DNA of 64,000 nucleotides from sequence record OR885871; one strand, written 5' to 3'. Position numbers and translations under genes: made by a program. Source of the DNA: Escherichia phage vB_EcoM_JN03. Positions 36,904-46,907 of the stretch are shown piece after piece. Each line of letters starts with the position of its first letter. The first letter of the stretch is position 1. The notes beneath the pieces were generated by a model. The model saw nothing but the letters and a program-made list of their open reading frames with translations, made no database searches and had not been told where the DNA came from.

Positions 36904-37449
36904 ATGAAACCGTTTATCGAATATTTTAAAGAACAAGCTCAACAACCGCAAACACATGGCGGCATACAAGGCAAAAGTGTAACCATCACCAAACAGGCCG
37001 ACGGAACCCAATGGTGTACTGGTGCCACCGTAACCCAGATCACTCCAGATAATCAGGCCGACATCTATAATCTGGAATTGACTAATGGCAACACCATCAA
37101 AGTGAAGCTAACTCCAGACCAGACCCACGGCATTACCCAAGGCCAAGAAGTCGTTGCCGTCCATGATGGGTTTGAATTCTTCTTCGGCAAGTCGGCTGAC
37201 AAAGGTCAGGTTACTGAAACGGAAGGCTGGCGTTTCGTCGGTGACCGTGGCGCTCATATTCTGATGTATGACGCAAAAGTTGGCGGTGCCTCCACTATCC
37301 TTCGCAGTCCAACAGATCGAACCAAATTTGTTGGTGGTCTCATCAACGGCAGAAAAATTTTGGGTAATTCCCCAGAAGAACTGGCGGCAAAATTAGGTCT
37401 TCCAAAAATTCCTGATAATTTATTAAAATCATTTTTTGGTAAAAAGTGA
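36904..37449 (+). CDS. hypothetical protein, 181 aa
   Basis: AGGAGA RBS; C-terminal LGLPKIPDNLLKSF motif. Confidence 0.5.
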   Translation: MKPFIEYFKEQAQQPQTHGGIQGKSVTITKQADGTQWCTGATVTQITPDNQADIYNLELTNGNTIKVKLTPDQTHGITQGQEVVAVHDGFEFFFGKSADKGQVTETEGWRFVGDRGAHILMYDAKVGGASTILRSPTDRTKFVGGLINGRKILGNSPEELAAKLGLPKIPDNLLKSFFGKK

Positions 37450-37504
37450 TTACAAAATACAATCCCCCTAAATACAGGGGGATTTTCTTTTAGGGGTAAA
37501 TATC

Positions 37505-37858
37505 ATGGTCAATGCGAGTATATTCATCAACCGTGGACTGCTTGCTATAGCCCACTCTCATGCCCTCCACTTCGTTACAACGTCCTATGCCAAGCACAAG
37601 GCGCTCGGGGAGTTCTACGGGGAACTGGAGGACTTGCTGGACACCTTTACGGAAGCGTATATTGGTGCGGGAGGTATATACATTCCAGGATTCGAGAACA
37701 TCAAATTGTACAATCCTGAACCGATATCGTATATCAACAGCGTGGTCATCGACGTTAATGGGATCTACAATCAGTGTGATAGTCATCTTCAAAATACGCT
37801 TGACGAAATCAAGACTCTGTGCTATCAAACGATTTACAAACTGAAGCAATTGTCTTAA
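37505..37858 (+). CDS. hypothetical protein, 117 aa
   Basis: ATG after a terminator-like hairpin with AGGGGT RBS. Confidence 0.45.
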   Translation: MVNASIFINRGLLAIAHSHALHFVTTSYAKHKALGEFYGELEDLLDTFTEAYIGAGGIYIPGFENIKLYNPEPISYINSVVIDVNGIYNQCDSHLQNTLDEIKTLCYQTIYKLKQLS

Positions 37859-37921
37859 CTCAATAGAACATCCTTCAGGTTATAATTTTGCCCATTCGTC
37901 ATCAATAGGATACAGATAACA

Positions 37922-38539
37922 ATGGGCAAAATATTCATACCTTCGCATTCAGAAGGTTGTCAAATCGCTGCAAAATTTCTACACAAACAAATGAATTGTG
38001 GTGCTGTGTTCGTAGAACCAAATTCATTCGATAATCGTGAATCCCCTGACGCCATCGGGTTCAGACCTGGGGGTTGTTCTATATTAATGGAAGTTAAAGT
38101 CTCCCGCGCCGACTTCCTGACAGACAAAAAGAAACCTCATCGCATGAATCCTTCCATAGGCATGGGAGCATATCGTTTCTATGTTTGCCCAGCAGATGTT
38201 ATTAAAATTGAAGACCTCCCTCCCAAATGGGGTTTGTTGTACTTCACCCCTAGAAAATCTTTGAAGCCCGTTCACGTTCCGAATATGCAATATTCCTCTT
38301 TGTCTTCACCGGAACATTATGCATCATATTTGTCTAAATCTTTGGGCAAAAGAAGACATACAGATATCCCTCCTTATCTATTAGGGTACAAACAGATGCT
38401 GGAAGAATTCGCCCACTTTGAACGCAATCAGGTTGCGGAACAAAATATTCTGTATGGGGCTTGGCGACAGCTTTGCATAGCTCAAAGTCGCGGGGTGGAT
38501 TATAATGTGACAGAAGTGTTCCAGAGGCCAAATATCTAA
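37922..38539 (+). CDS. PD-(D/E)xK-like nuclease-fold protein (tentative)
   Basis: SPDAIGF...ILMEVKV spacing resembles a PD...ExK catalytic core; TAATG coupling to the primase gene. Confidence 0.35.
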   Translation: MGKIFIPSHSEGCQIAAKFLHKQMNCGAVFVEPNSFDNRESPDAIGFRPGGCSILMEVKVSRADFLTDKKKPHRMNPSIGMGAYRFYVCPADVIKIEDLPPKWGLLYFTPRKSLKPVHVPNMQYSSLSSPEHYASYLSKSLGKRRHTDIPPYLLGYKQMLEEFAHFERNQVAEQNILYGAWRQLCIAQSRGVDYNVTEVFQRPNI

Positions 38540-39603
38540 TGAAATTCTTGGACGAACAATACATCAATTTTCTCGCCCCCCGACTTGATAAATTCAGTTG
38601 GGAACGTGTTGGCGCTGTCGCCAAATTTCGTTGCCCATTATGTGGGGATTCTAAGAAGAGTGCCAACAAGCGTCGTGGTCACTTCTTTTATGATCGTGAT
38701 GACGATGTGTTTCGTTTCAAGTGCCACAACTGTAATGAAATGAGCGGTTGGGCGTTTGAATTCTGGTTGAAGAAGTTTGACGAGCGTCTGTATAATGAAT
38801 ACAACCTTGAAAAATTCAGGATCATGGGGGATACCAGTTCCCGCCCGTTACAAAAACTCAAACCACTACAGCGCCTGACCCAGACAGCACGTATCGGTTC
38901 TCAGGTCGCCAAACGGGATGAAGAGCACCTTGGGAATATGATACGCCTTGATCTTCTTGACCGTGATCATATCGCCCGTCGTTATGTTGAAGGCAGGGGT
39001 ATGCCGGAGAGCACGTTATCTTTGTTGTATTACAGCAGGAATTTTCGTCAAGATCTTCTGAGTTTCGAAACGGATGTTGAGAAGCAGAAGAAGATACCCG
39101 AAGATGAGCGGCTGGTAATCCCATTCTGGACCCAAGACGGGCGCATGAAGATAGTTCAGGGGCGCGCATTCGGCGATAACCTTCCTGATGGGGTATTACG
39201 GTATGCCACTGTCAAGCCTAAGAACGAAGATACTAAGATCTACGGGGAAGAGCGCATCATTTGGAACAAAACAAAGTTGGTAGTAGAAGGTCCAATTGAT
39301 AGCTTGTTTCTACCCAATTGTCTTGCGACTGCCGATGCCGACTTATTAAGTGCTAAGGGAGACATCTATATCCCCGATAACCAATACAGGAACAAACAAG
39401 TTTGTGACGGTATACAGAAGATGATAGACAGCGGAGTCAAAGTCGTTCTGTTTCCACCGGAAATACCGTGGAAGGATATCAATGATATGGTTCACCCCGA
39501 TAAGGGAAATATCCCGATACGTGATCTGCTTCAGATCATAGCCAAGAACGTATATCAGGGACTGTCGGCGTCCTTACGATTTTCTGACTTGAGGAAGATA
39601 TGA
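38539..39603 (+). CDS. 61: DNA primase (gp61-like)
   Basis: N-terminal zinc ribbon CPLCGD...CHNC followed by a Toprim-like region (EGPIDSLFL, DAD); size matches T4 gp61. Confidence 0.7.
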   Translation: MKFLDEQYINFLAPRLDKFSWERVGAVAKFRCPLCGDSKKSANKRRGHFFYDRDDDVFRFKCHNCNEMSGWAFEFWLKKFDERLYNEYNLEKFRIMGDTSSRPLQKLKPLQRLTQTARIGSQVAKRDEEHLGNMIRLDLLDRDHIARRYVEGRGMPESTLSLLYYSRNFRQDLLSFETDVEKQKKIPEDERLVIPFWTQDGRMKIVQGRAFGDNLPDGVLRYATVKPKNEDTKIYGEERIIWNKTKLVVEGPIDSLFLPNCLATADADLLSAKGDIYIPDNQYRNKQVCDGIQKMIDSGVKVVLFPPEIPWKDINDMVHPDKGNIPIRDLLQIIAKNVYQGLSASLRFSDLRKI

Positions 39604-39809
39604 TGGATTTGAAAGAACTGAATAGTATGGACGATGAAGAGATTCTTCGCGGGTATATGCAAGCCCGTGAAGGATATGTCCTATCTGGCTTAGAATCTAA
39701 GAGTTTCATCCATGGTTGGAGGAATGGAATGGTGGACTTCGGCGGTTGTCCTATCACTGAAGAACAAATGGATTTGGCTCGCCAGTATTTGAAAAAGAAG
39801 CCGACCTAA
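39600..39809 (+). CDS. small protein, 69 aa
   Basis: ATGA overlap with the primase stop. Confidence 0.4.
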   Translation: MMDLKELNSMDDEEILRGYMQAREGYVLSGLESKSFIHGWRNGMVDFGGCPITEEQMDLARQYLKKKPT

Positions 39810-39837
39810 AACTTTTTAACTCAAAAACCTTCTCTCT

Positions 39838-39865
39838 AGGCCTCATTCTACGAGGCCTTTTAAAA
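39838..39865 (+). terminator. rho-independent terminator
   Basis: AGGCCTC-loop-GAGGCCT hairpin followed by TTTTAAAA. Confidence 0.6.
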
Positions 39866-39902
39866 TACTTCAAAAATAATTTAAAAATTTATTGAAAAAG
39901 AC

Positions 39903-39931
39903 TTTACTCTTCAATAATCATGCACTATTAT
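39903..39931 (+). promoter_or_regulatory. T4-type early promoter (CTTTAC, N17, TATTAT)
   Basis: TTTACT 39903-39908, 17-nt spacer, TATTAT 39926-39931, about 80 nt upstream of the codon-optimised gene at 40009. Confidence 0.55.
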
Positions 39932-40008
39932 AGTTCACATAGGGCGGTACACAACACCCCGCCGAATGAAAAGTGAAACGACCCAACTACATTATGAGGA
40001 ATTACATC

Positions 40009-40497
40009 ATGGCTACTACCAAAACTCTGATCACCAACGGCACCATCTCTTTTGAACTGAACACCGAAGTTGCAAAAGTTGAAATGTTCCGCATCGCTCA
40101 GGCAGCTGGCTTCACTGGTGGCAAAACTTCCTTCATGAATCTGCTGAACGGCAAAGTGAAAGCGACCAACGGCTTCACCCTGGTAGAGCAGGTTGTCGTA
40201 GACAAAGCCGTGGTTGCCAAGACTGCTGACAAGGTTGGCATGCTGAAAGACCTGGGCCATGACATCCACGTTGTCGAAGCGAACACCGAAACTTACGGCA
40301 CCATCGTAGTCGGTAAAGGTCGCATTCAGCTGAACCCGCTGAACAACGGAACCTTCTCCGTGATGGTATTCCCGAAAAAGGGTTATGACAACAGCGATAT
40401 CGTGAAAGCCGCTGGCGGTGAAGCGAAATCCCAGTATGTCAAAATGGGTAAACTGAGCGCCGACGCAGTAGAAACTCTGGTGAACAAACTGGCTTAA
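40009..40497 (+). CDS. abundant-type hypothetical protein, 162 aa (strongly optimised codons)
   Basis: GAGGAA RBS 7 nt upstream; own early promoter; codon usage like gp32 and gp45; no recognisable domain. Confidence 0.6.
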   Translation: MATTKTLITNGTISFELNTEVAKVEMFRIAQAAGFTGGKTSFMNLLNGKVKATNGFTLVEQVVVDKAVVAKTADKVGMLKDLGHDIHVVEANTETYGTIVVGKGRIQLNPLNNGTFSVMVFPKKGYDNSDIVKAAGGEAKSQYVKMGKLSADAVETLVNKLA

Positions 40498-40547
40498 CCG
40501 CAAGGGGGAAACCTCCCCCTTTCAAAGTTTTGGTAGGAGAATGAGAC

Positions 40548-40736
40548 ATGAGTAGAGCAATTATCCAAGCCTCTCCTGGCGCTCTATGGGTTGCCGACCG
40601 AATTCCCAACGCGCACTTTCCTCAGTTCCAAGAGGAACTGGAACAAGCGATGTTGAAAATATTTGAAAAATATGGGTATGATTCCGAAGTTAGGACTTCC
40701 TTCAAAGAAATCATGCCTATCGTCGTAGTCAGATAA
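40548..40736 (+). CDS. small protein, 62 aa
   Basis: AGGAGA RBS; preceded by a GGGGG-aaacct-CCCCC hairpin. Confidence 0.4.
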   Translation: MSRAIIQASPGALWVADRIPNAHFPQFQEELEQAMLKIFEKYGYDSEVRTSFKEIMPIVVVR

Positions 40737-40805
40737 TCGACACTAAATCCTCAAGTTCGACTTTCACTTTAAATACCTTCGCATACATTGCGGAGGTATT
40801 TTCTT

Positions 40806-41600
40806 ATGGCCATTCTAAAACTTGGCAACCGAGGTTCTGAAGTCAAAGCACTTCAACAAAGCCTCAACAAAATCGGTTTCTCCCTTACAGCCGATGGCAT
40901 ATTTGGTAAGGCAACAGAGAATGCTGTCAAATCCGTTCAGGCAGGTGCTGGATTGGTTATTGATGGTATTGCTGGGCCAAAGACCTTCTATGCTATCCGC
41001 AACGCTGGAGACGCTCATCAGGAACATCTGACCGAAGCGGACTTGGTTGACGCAGCACGTGAACTTGGTGTTGAGCTGGCCAGTATGAAAGCTGTGAATC
41101 AGGTAGAATCCCGTGGCACAGGTTTTACCAAAACTGGCAAGATCAAAACTCTGTTTGAGCGCCACATCATGTACAAAAAGGTGACGGCCAAATTCGGGCA
41201 AGCAAGAGCCAATGCTCTGTACCAACTCTACCCAACATTGGTTAACCCCAATTCTGGCGGGTATATCGGCGGAGACGCGGAGTTGGAACGCCTTCAGGGT
41301 GCAATCGCCCTTGACGAGGACTGCGCTTACGAGAGTGCTTCCTACGGCCTATTCCAGATCATGGGGTTCAACTGCCAAATCTGTGGCTATTCAAATGCCA
41401 AAGAGATGTTCACTGATTTCCTGACTGGTGAACGCGCTCATCTTCTGGCATTTGTGAAATTCATCAAAGCTGACGCCAATATGTGGAAAGCCCTGAAGAA
41501 TAAGAATTGGGCCGAGTTTGCTCGTCGGTACAATGGTCCGGCATATGCGAAAAACCAGTATGATACTAAACTGGCGGCAGCATACAAGAGTTTCTGCTAA
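40806..41600 (+). CDS. endolysin: peptidoglycan-binding domain plus muramidase-like catalytic domain
   Basis: N-terminal PG_binding_1-like LKLGNRGSEVKALQQSLNKIGF...DGIFGKATENAVKSVQ; C-terminal domain with GLFQIMGFN resembles DUF3380/GH108-type muramidases. Confidence 0.7.
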   Translation: MAILKLGNRGSEVKALQQSLNKIGFSLTADGIFGKATENAVKSVQAGAGLVIDGIAGPKTFYAIRNAGDAHQEHLTEADLVDAARELGVELASMKAVNQVESRGTGFTKTGKIKTLFERHIMYKKVTAKFGQARANALYQLYPTLVNPNSGGYIGGDAELERLQGAIALDEDCAYESASYGLFQIMGFNCQICGYSNAKEMFTDFLTGERAHLLAFVKFIKADANMWKALKNKNWAEFARRYNGPAYAKNQYDTKLAAAYKSFC

Positions 41601-41606
41601 TTCTCA

Positions 41607-41631
41607 AGGCCGGAAACGGCCTTTTTCTTTA
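41607..41631 (+). terminator. rho-independent terminator
   Basis: AGGCCG-gaaa-CGGCCT hairpin followed by TTTTTCTTT. Confidence 0.65.
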
Positions 41632-41707
41632 TCTGATATACAGGTATGCTGGGCGTGTCGCTTAATTAAAGGTGTCGACAACCCCTGTAGATATAGGAAG
41701 GTTCAAC

Positions 41708-42547
41708 ATGCAATCTGCGTCTAAAGTTGTATCCATGAAGCCAGCGAAGACAAAATCTGCTCGTAAGAAAGACACCATCCAGAAGGAAGAAGACTGGATG
41801 AAGTTTTCCAAAGGCGATTTCAAAATTGCTCCGTTCAATGGCCTCTCAGAAAATCAGAACCTCGCATATCAATCCGCACTCAATGAACATCTCACTATCG
41901 CTATCGGTCCGGCAGGTACAGGCAAATCCTATTGTGGTGCATCTGCTGCAGCAAAACATCTGATTGACAAAACCATCAACAAGATTATCATCACGCGTTC
42001 TCCCCTTCCAACTGGCACCACAGCAGGGTTCCGGCCTGGTGACACATATGAAAAGCTGATGCCTTATTTGATGCCGCTCATACAGACATTCAAAAAGGTT
42101 CTCAAAACAGATACGGGTTCCGACGGTTTCTTCAACTATCTGTGGGAGAAACGCATCATAGAAATTCAAGACCTTGAAACTGTAAAGGGGATGACTTTCG
42201 ATGATTGTTTCCTGATTATCGAAGAAGCGCAGGAATGCGATATGGAGCAGCTGAAAAACTTGTTGACTCGTGCTTCAGATTCTTCGTACATCTTCGTGAA
42301 TGGAGATATCAAACAGTCTAACAAGCGATTGCGTGATAGTGCGTTACAGACGTATGTAGATTCCTTTAAAGACTTCAACAATAAGCTGGAAACAGGTTCC
42401 TTGCAAATTGACGGTGTAGAAATCGGAGATGAATATCCAGAGTGGGTTCAACCATTCAGCATCATCGAATTCGATAAGTCTGATCGTAATGGTCGCGGCA
42501 ACTTCACCCGCCTGATGTTAGAAATTAACGACCTGTACAACATTTAA
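41708..42547 (+). CDS. phoH: PhoH-like ATPase
   Basis: Walker A GPAGTGKS, ITRSP motif and DE box (IIEEAQE) in PhoH order; AGGAAGG RBS. Confidence 0.8.
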   Translation: MQSASKVVSMKPAKTKSARKKDTIQKEEDWMKFSKGDFKIAPFNGLSENQNLAYQSALNEHLTIAIGPAGTGKSYCGASAAAKHLIDKTINKIIITRSPLPTGTTAGFRPGDTYEKLMPYLMPLIQTFKKVLKTDTGSDGFFNYLWEKRIIEIQDLETVKGMTFDDCFLIIEEAQECDMEQLKNLLTRASDSSYIFVNGDIKQSNKRLRDSALQTYVDSFKDFNNKLETGSLQIDGVEIGDEYPEWVQPFSIIEFDKSDRNGRGNFTRLMLEINDLYNI

Positions 42548-42629
42548 GTAACTCACCAACTTCCCCGCCGCCTTCAATCCACGAGGGCGGCGTATAATAA
42601 AACCTGCGTAAACAAACCCGAGGAACACC

Positions 42630-44906
42630 ATGATTAACGTTATTAAACGTGACGGATCTTCTGTCCCCTTTGATATTGAAAGACCCCACACTGTTCTGGA
42701 ACGCGCATGCGACGGATTGACGGGCGTCTCAATGTCAGAAGTGATTGCTGCATCGAAGATTCAGTTCACCGACAACATGAGAACAGATCGCATTCAGGAT
42801 ATCATTATCCAAGCTGCGGCCACCTTAATTTCTGTTGATAAACCCAATTATCAATATGTTGCTGCCCGCCTGAAGTCGTATGACCTGCGAAAGGTTGTCT
42901 ATGGTCAATACAAGCCACCTCATTTGCTGGATATCTTTGCAAAGAACACCAAGCTGGGTGTTTATGACCGCGAATTCCTCGAACTTTACTCTAAAGAAGA
43001 ATTCGAAGAACTTAACACAGTCATCAACCACAAACGCGACAAGAATTTCACTTGGGCAGCAATGGGCCAGCTGACTCAAAAATATCTTTTGCGTGATCGT
43101 TCTTCTGACAGCAAAGTGTATTATGAAACCCCTCAAGTCATGTACATGGCAATCGCTATGGCATTATTCTCAGCGTGGGATAAAGAAAGCAGACTGACAA
43201 TGGTGAAGAAGTTCTATGAATACGCCAGTACAGGCAAATTCAGTCTTCCAACACCTATTATGTCCGGCGTCCGCACCCCGACCCGACAGTTCAGCTCTTG
43301 TGTATTGATCAAAACTGGTGATACATTGGACTCAATTAATGCCACTGCGAAAAGCATCGTGGATTATGTTTCCAAACGTGCTGGCATCGGATTCGATGTT
43401 GGGGCAATTCGTGGCATCGGTAGCCCTATCCGTAAAGGGGAAATGGTCCATACAGGTCTGGTTCCATTCATCAAGTATTTGACTGGTGCCCTGAAGTCTT
43501 GCTCTCAAGGCGGTATCCGTGGTGGATCGGCAACATGCTATGTTCCCATCTGGCATTATCAATTTGATGATGTCGTTGTTCTCAAAAACAACCGTGGATT
43601 GGAAGAGAACCGTGAACGCCGTATCGACTATGGGATTCAGATTAACCGCGTCATGTTCGAGCGCCTGGTGAACAAACAGCCTCTATACCTGTTTGATCCA
43701 AAAGACAACCGCGAAATGTATGAAGCATTTTTCGCAGACGTCAATAAATTCCGCGAAATGTACGACAATATGATCAAGGCCGCCGACGCCGGATTATGTC
43801 GTTCCAAAAAGCTGCAAGCTGAAGAAGTGTTCCAAATGCTACTAGACCAGCGTTCTGACACTGGACGGATCTACATCGCATTCGTTGATCACATGAACGA
43901 GTATAGTCCGTTCAATTTGGACACGATTTATAGCTCTAATCTGTGTTTAGAAATCGCGCTTCCGACTCGTGAGTTCCAACAGTATGATGATGAAGATGGT
44001 CGCATTGCCCTGTGTACACTCGCATCATTTAACCTGACGGCATTTGAAGATCCAACAGAAATGGAAGATGTTGCTTTCGTTCTGGTTTCAGCTTTGGATA
44101 TGTTGTTGGAATATCAGGACTATCCAGCTCGCCAAGCCCGTTTGGCCGTAGAAGAATATCGTCCTCTGGGTATCGGTATCGTCAACGTCGCACATTTCCT
44201 GGCCAAGAATTTCACGGGTTATGGATCGCCTATCGGATTAGAACTTCTAGACAAGTGGATGGCGCATCTTCATTTCTACTTGGTCAAAGCGTCCAACCGT
44301 CTGGCCATGCGTTTCGGATCTTGTAAGAAATCAACTATCCATGATTCCGGATTTGTAACAGCCGACCTTCAGCCTCTCCCGCTGGACATCCTACCCAATG
44401 GCAAAAAGCCTGTTGGGCAAGCCTATGGTCTTGACTGGGAAGGTCTTAAGCAGAACCTATCCGAGTATGGGATCCGTAACGCCACGTTGTTAGCCGTAGC
44501 ACCAACTGAAAGCTCCTCTCAGGTGCTGAACGCAACGAACGGTATAGAGCCACCAAAAGGTCTCATCAGCATCAAAGGCAGCAAGGACGGCGTCTATAAA
44601 CAGATCGTTCCGGATGTAGAAGCCCTTGGTCCTCTATATGACCTGAAATGGAATCTGGATTGTATTGAATACCTGAAGACGGCTGCGGTCATACAACGTT
44701 GGGTAGATCAATCTATCAGTACCAACACATGGTATGACCCAGAGAAATATCCAGAAGGCAAGATCCCGCGCTCTCTTATGATGCAGGATATTCTGTCTTT
44801 CTACATGTGGGGTGGTAAAACTCTGTATTACAACACCAACAAAGACTCCAAGGAAGATGAAGAGTTGAAACAAGTTGAAGAAATTTGTGATACCTGTGTT
44901 GTTTGA
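42630..44906 (+). CDS. nrdA: ribonucleotide reductase class Ia large subunit
   Basis: N-terminal ATP-cone (VIKRDGS...), catalytic Cys/Asn/Glu blocks (SNLCLEI, PTESSS) and a C-terminal CxxC tail. Confidence 0.9.
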   Translation: MINVIKRDGSSVPFDIERPHTVLERACDGLTGVSMSEVIAASKIQFTDNMRTDRIQDIIIQAAATLISVDKPNYQYVAARLKSYDLRKVVYGQYKPPHLLDIFAKNTKLGVYDREFLELYSKEEFEELNTVINHKRDKNFTWAAMGQLTQKYLLRDRSSDSKVYYETPQVMYMAIAMALFSAWDKESRLTMVKKFYEYASTGKFSLPTPIMSGVRTPTRQFSSCVLIKTGDTLDSINATAKSIVDYVSKRAGIGFDVGAIRGIGSPIRKGEMVHTGLVPFIKYLTGALKSCSQGGIRGGSATCYVPIWHYQFDDVVVLKNNRGLEENRERRIDYGIQINRVMFERLVNKQPLYLFDPKDNREMYEAFFADVNKFREMYDNMIKAADAGLCRSKKLQAEEVFQMLLDQRSDTGRIYIAFVDHMNEYSPFNLDTIYSSNLCLEIALPTREFQQYDDEDGRIALCTLASFNLTAFEDPTEMEDVAFVLVSALDMLLEYQDYPARQARLAVEEYRPLGIGIVNVAHFLAKNFTGYGSPIGLELLDKWMAHLHFYLVKASNRLAMRFGSCKKSTIHDSGFVTADLQPLPLDILPNGKKPVGQAYGLDWEGLKQNLSEYGIRNATLLAVAPTESSSQVLNATNGIEPPKGLISIKGSKDGVYKQIVPDVEALGPLYDLKWNLDCIEYLKTAAVIQRWVDQSISTNTWYDPEKYPEGKIPRSLMMQDILSFYMWGGKTLYYNTNKDSKEDEELKQVEEICDTCVV

Positions 44907-44926
44907 TTAGGTCTATACAACACAAA

Positions 44927-44952
44927 CGTTTAATATCAGGGGTGATTCGTCA
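44927..44952 (+). terminator. hairpin/attenuator between nrdA and nrdB
   Basis: AGGGGTGA-ttcg-TCACCCCT hairpin; weak T tract. Confidence 0.4.
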
Positions 44953-44976
44953 CCCCTTATTCATCAGGAAAGAAAC

Positions 44977-46080
44977 ATGAACGAACAAAAGAAATTTTCA
45001 GTATTTGACCCATCTTCAGATAATACAGGTTTGCCGTTCTTTGGCGACCCTGTGAGCATTCAGCGCTATGACAAAGTCGCATGGCCTTTTGTACAGAAAT
45101 GGTATGAAAAAGGTCTTAGTCAATTCTGGCGTCCGGAAGAAGTAGACGTGACCAAAGACAAAGCCGACTTCGCCACCCTGACTGAAGCCGAGAAGCACAT
45201 CTACTTCTCCAACCTGAAACGTCAGGTCATGTTGGACTCTATTCAGGGTGCCGCCCCCGACGAGGCGTTTAAGGTGTGGACTTCAACGCCTGAAATACAG
45301 TTCGCTGTACAGGAATGGTGTCGACAGGAATCTATTCACTCCCTGTCGTACACGCACATCCTGCGCAATACGGTGAACGACCCTGGTATCGTGTTTGACC
45401 ACCTCTTGGACGTTGCCGAAATCGTAGACTGTGCCAAGCAGATCAGCACCTACTACGACGACATGATCACGTACAGCGGCATGCGTATGGCTGGACGCGC
45501 GTTCACCCGTGAAGACATCATGAACGCCAAGCGTGCATTCTGGCGTGCTCTGTTTGCTGCTAACTCCCTCGAAGGCGTCCGTTTCTATGTTTCATTTGCG
45601 TGTTCTTGGGCTTTCATGCAATTCCTCAACAAAATGGAAGGCAACGCTAAAATCATTCGTCAGATTGCTCGTGATGAGCAAGATCACCTCATCCTGACCC
45701 AGACTTTCCTGAACCGTCTGCCACTGATGGACCCTGATTTTGCCATTATTAGAGAAGAACTGCGCGGCGAAATGACCCAGATGTATGTCGACGTTGTCAA
45801 CCAAGAAAAAGAATGGGCGAATTATCTGTTCAAAGACGGCTCAATGCTGGGACTGAATGCCAATATCCTTCATCAAATGGTGGACTGGTTGGCAACACAC
45901 CGTATGGGAGCCATTGGCCACCCATATCCAGGACAAGCCCGTAAAGACAATCCGGTGCCATGGATAAATGAGTGGCTAGATAATAAAACAATGCAATATG
46001 CATTACAGGAAGCGGAAGCCCCTGATTATCTGACTGGTGTCCTTACTGGATCAGTCTCCGACGGTCTGAAATTTGCCTAA
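44977..46080 (+). CDS. nrdB: ribonucleotide reductase small subunit
   Basis: Di-iron carboxylate ligand pattern (ExxH twice) and a tyrosyl radical region; size 367 aa. Confidence 0.85.
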   Translation: MNEQKKFSVFDPSSDNTGLPFFGDPVSIQRYDKVAWPFVQKWYEKGLSQFWRPEEVDVTKDKADFATLTEAEKHIYFSNLKRQVMLDSIQGAAPDEAFKVWTSTPEIQFAVQEWCRQESIHSLSYTHILRNTVNDPGIVFDHLLDVAEIVDCAKQISTYYDDMITYSGMRMAGRAFTREDIMNAKRAFWRALFAANSLEGVRFYVSFACSWAFMQFLNKMEGNAKIIRQIARDEQDHLILTQTFLNRLPLMDPDFAIIREELRGEMTQMYVDVVNQEKEWANYLFKDGSMLGLNANILHQMVDWLATHRMGAIGHPYPGQARKDNPVPWINEWLDNKTMQYALQEAEAPDYLTGVLTGSVSDGLKFA

Positions 46081-46089
46081 AGGTGAGAA

Positions 46090-46314
46090 ATGATTACGAT
46101 TTATTCCAAACAAGGTTGTGCGCAATGTTTACAAGCTGAAAACATCTGTCGCATTCGCGGTATTGAACACCAAATTCTGAAGCTAGACAAAGACTACAAG
46201 CTGGAAGAATTACAGAAAATCACTGGTAAGCAACGCATGTCTATGCCCGTGATTGTTCTGGCTGACCAAACCGTGACCGACGTTACTGGACTCGCCGCAA
46301 GTTTGAAACGCTGA
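46090..46314 (+). CDS. glutaredoxin/NrdH-like redoxin
   Basis: 74 aa with CAQC active-site motif directly after nrdB. Confidence 0.55.
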   Translation: MITIYSKQGCAQCLQAENICRIRGIEHQILKLDKDYKLEELQKITGKQRMSMPVIVLADQTVTDVTGLAASLKR

Positions 46315-46323
46315 TCTTTCAAA

Positions 46324-46368
46324 GCCCCTAACCCAGGGGCTTTACTTTTCAAAAACCTGGTTTATAGT
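46324..46368 (+). promoter_or_regulatory. terminator hairpin fused to early promoter (CTTTAC, N16, TATAGT)
   Basis: GCCCCT-aaccc-AGGGGC hairpin then TTTACT 46341-46346 and TATAGT 46363-46368. Confidence 0.5.
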
Positions 46369-46416
46369 ATTCTAGGTCACGGCAACAACGCCACATTTGA
46401 CCAGAAGGACTATATC

Positions 46417-46803
46417 ATGTATCTGAACACACCAGCCGTATTAGAAGCCACCATCTCTTTCCCTATCCAAGGCCTGGCGAAGTCCAGAGCGTTCCTTAAA
46501 CAAGTCCCCTTTGCGTTTAACGTCCACGGGGAGAGATACCCGCGCTCTATCCTGCGTGCCCTGCGTGATGCCCTGCGTAACGGGGCGGCGCTGACCAAGG
46601 AAGAGTTGCGATCTAAAGAAGTGCACATGATCGACCCGGAACTGTTATCTGAAGAACCAGAACTGTACCAAGATTTCCAAAACGACGCCCGTAAAGCTCA
46701 GCTGATGTACGAGAACGACCAGCTGATGTTCAAGAAGGGCGATGACGCTCTGTACGTGGTAGACAAGGGCACAAACCTGCCTCTGGTACTCTTCATCAAG
46801 TAA
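46417..46803 (+). CDS. hypothetical protein, 128 aa
   Basis: GAAGGA RBS. Confidence 0.5.
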   Translation: MYLNTPAVLEATISFPIQGLAKSRAFLKQVPFAFNVHGERYPRSILRALRDALRNGAALTKEELRSKEVHMIDPELLSEEPELYQDFQNDARKAQLMYENDQLMFKKGDDALYVVDKGTNLPLVLFIK

Positions 46804-46811
46804 CCCGACCA

Positions 46812-46857
46812 GCCCCTCATCGAGGGGCTTTACTTCTATAAATCCTGCGCTTATACT
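46812..46857 (+). promoter_or_regulatory. terminator hairpin fused to early promoter (CTTTAC, N17, TATACT)
   Basis: GCCCCTC-atc-GAGGGGC hairpin then TTTACT 46829-46834, 17-nt spacer, TATACT 46852-46857. Confidence 0.55.
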
Positions 46858-46907
46858 TCCCAGTAATTCATTGGCCAACGCCACAAATTGAAAGCGGGTA
46901 CTACATC

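Noticed and set aside
42630-46080. Group I intron or homing endonuclease interrupting nrdA or nrdB, as in T4
   Set aside because: Both reading frames are continuous at full length with no inserted ORF or conserved intron-like gap.
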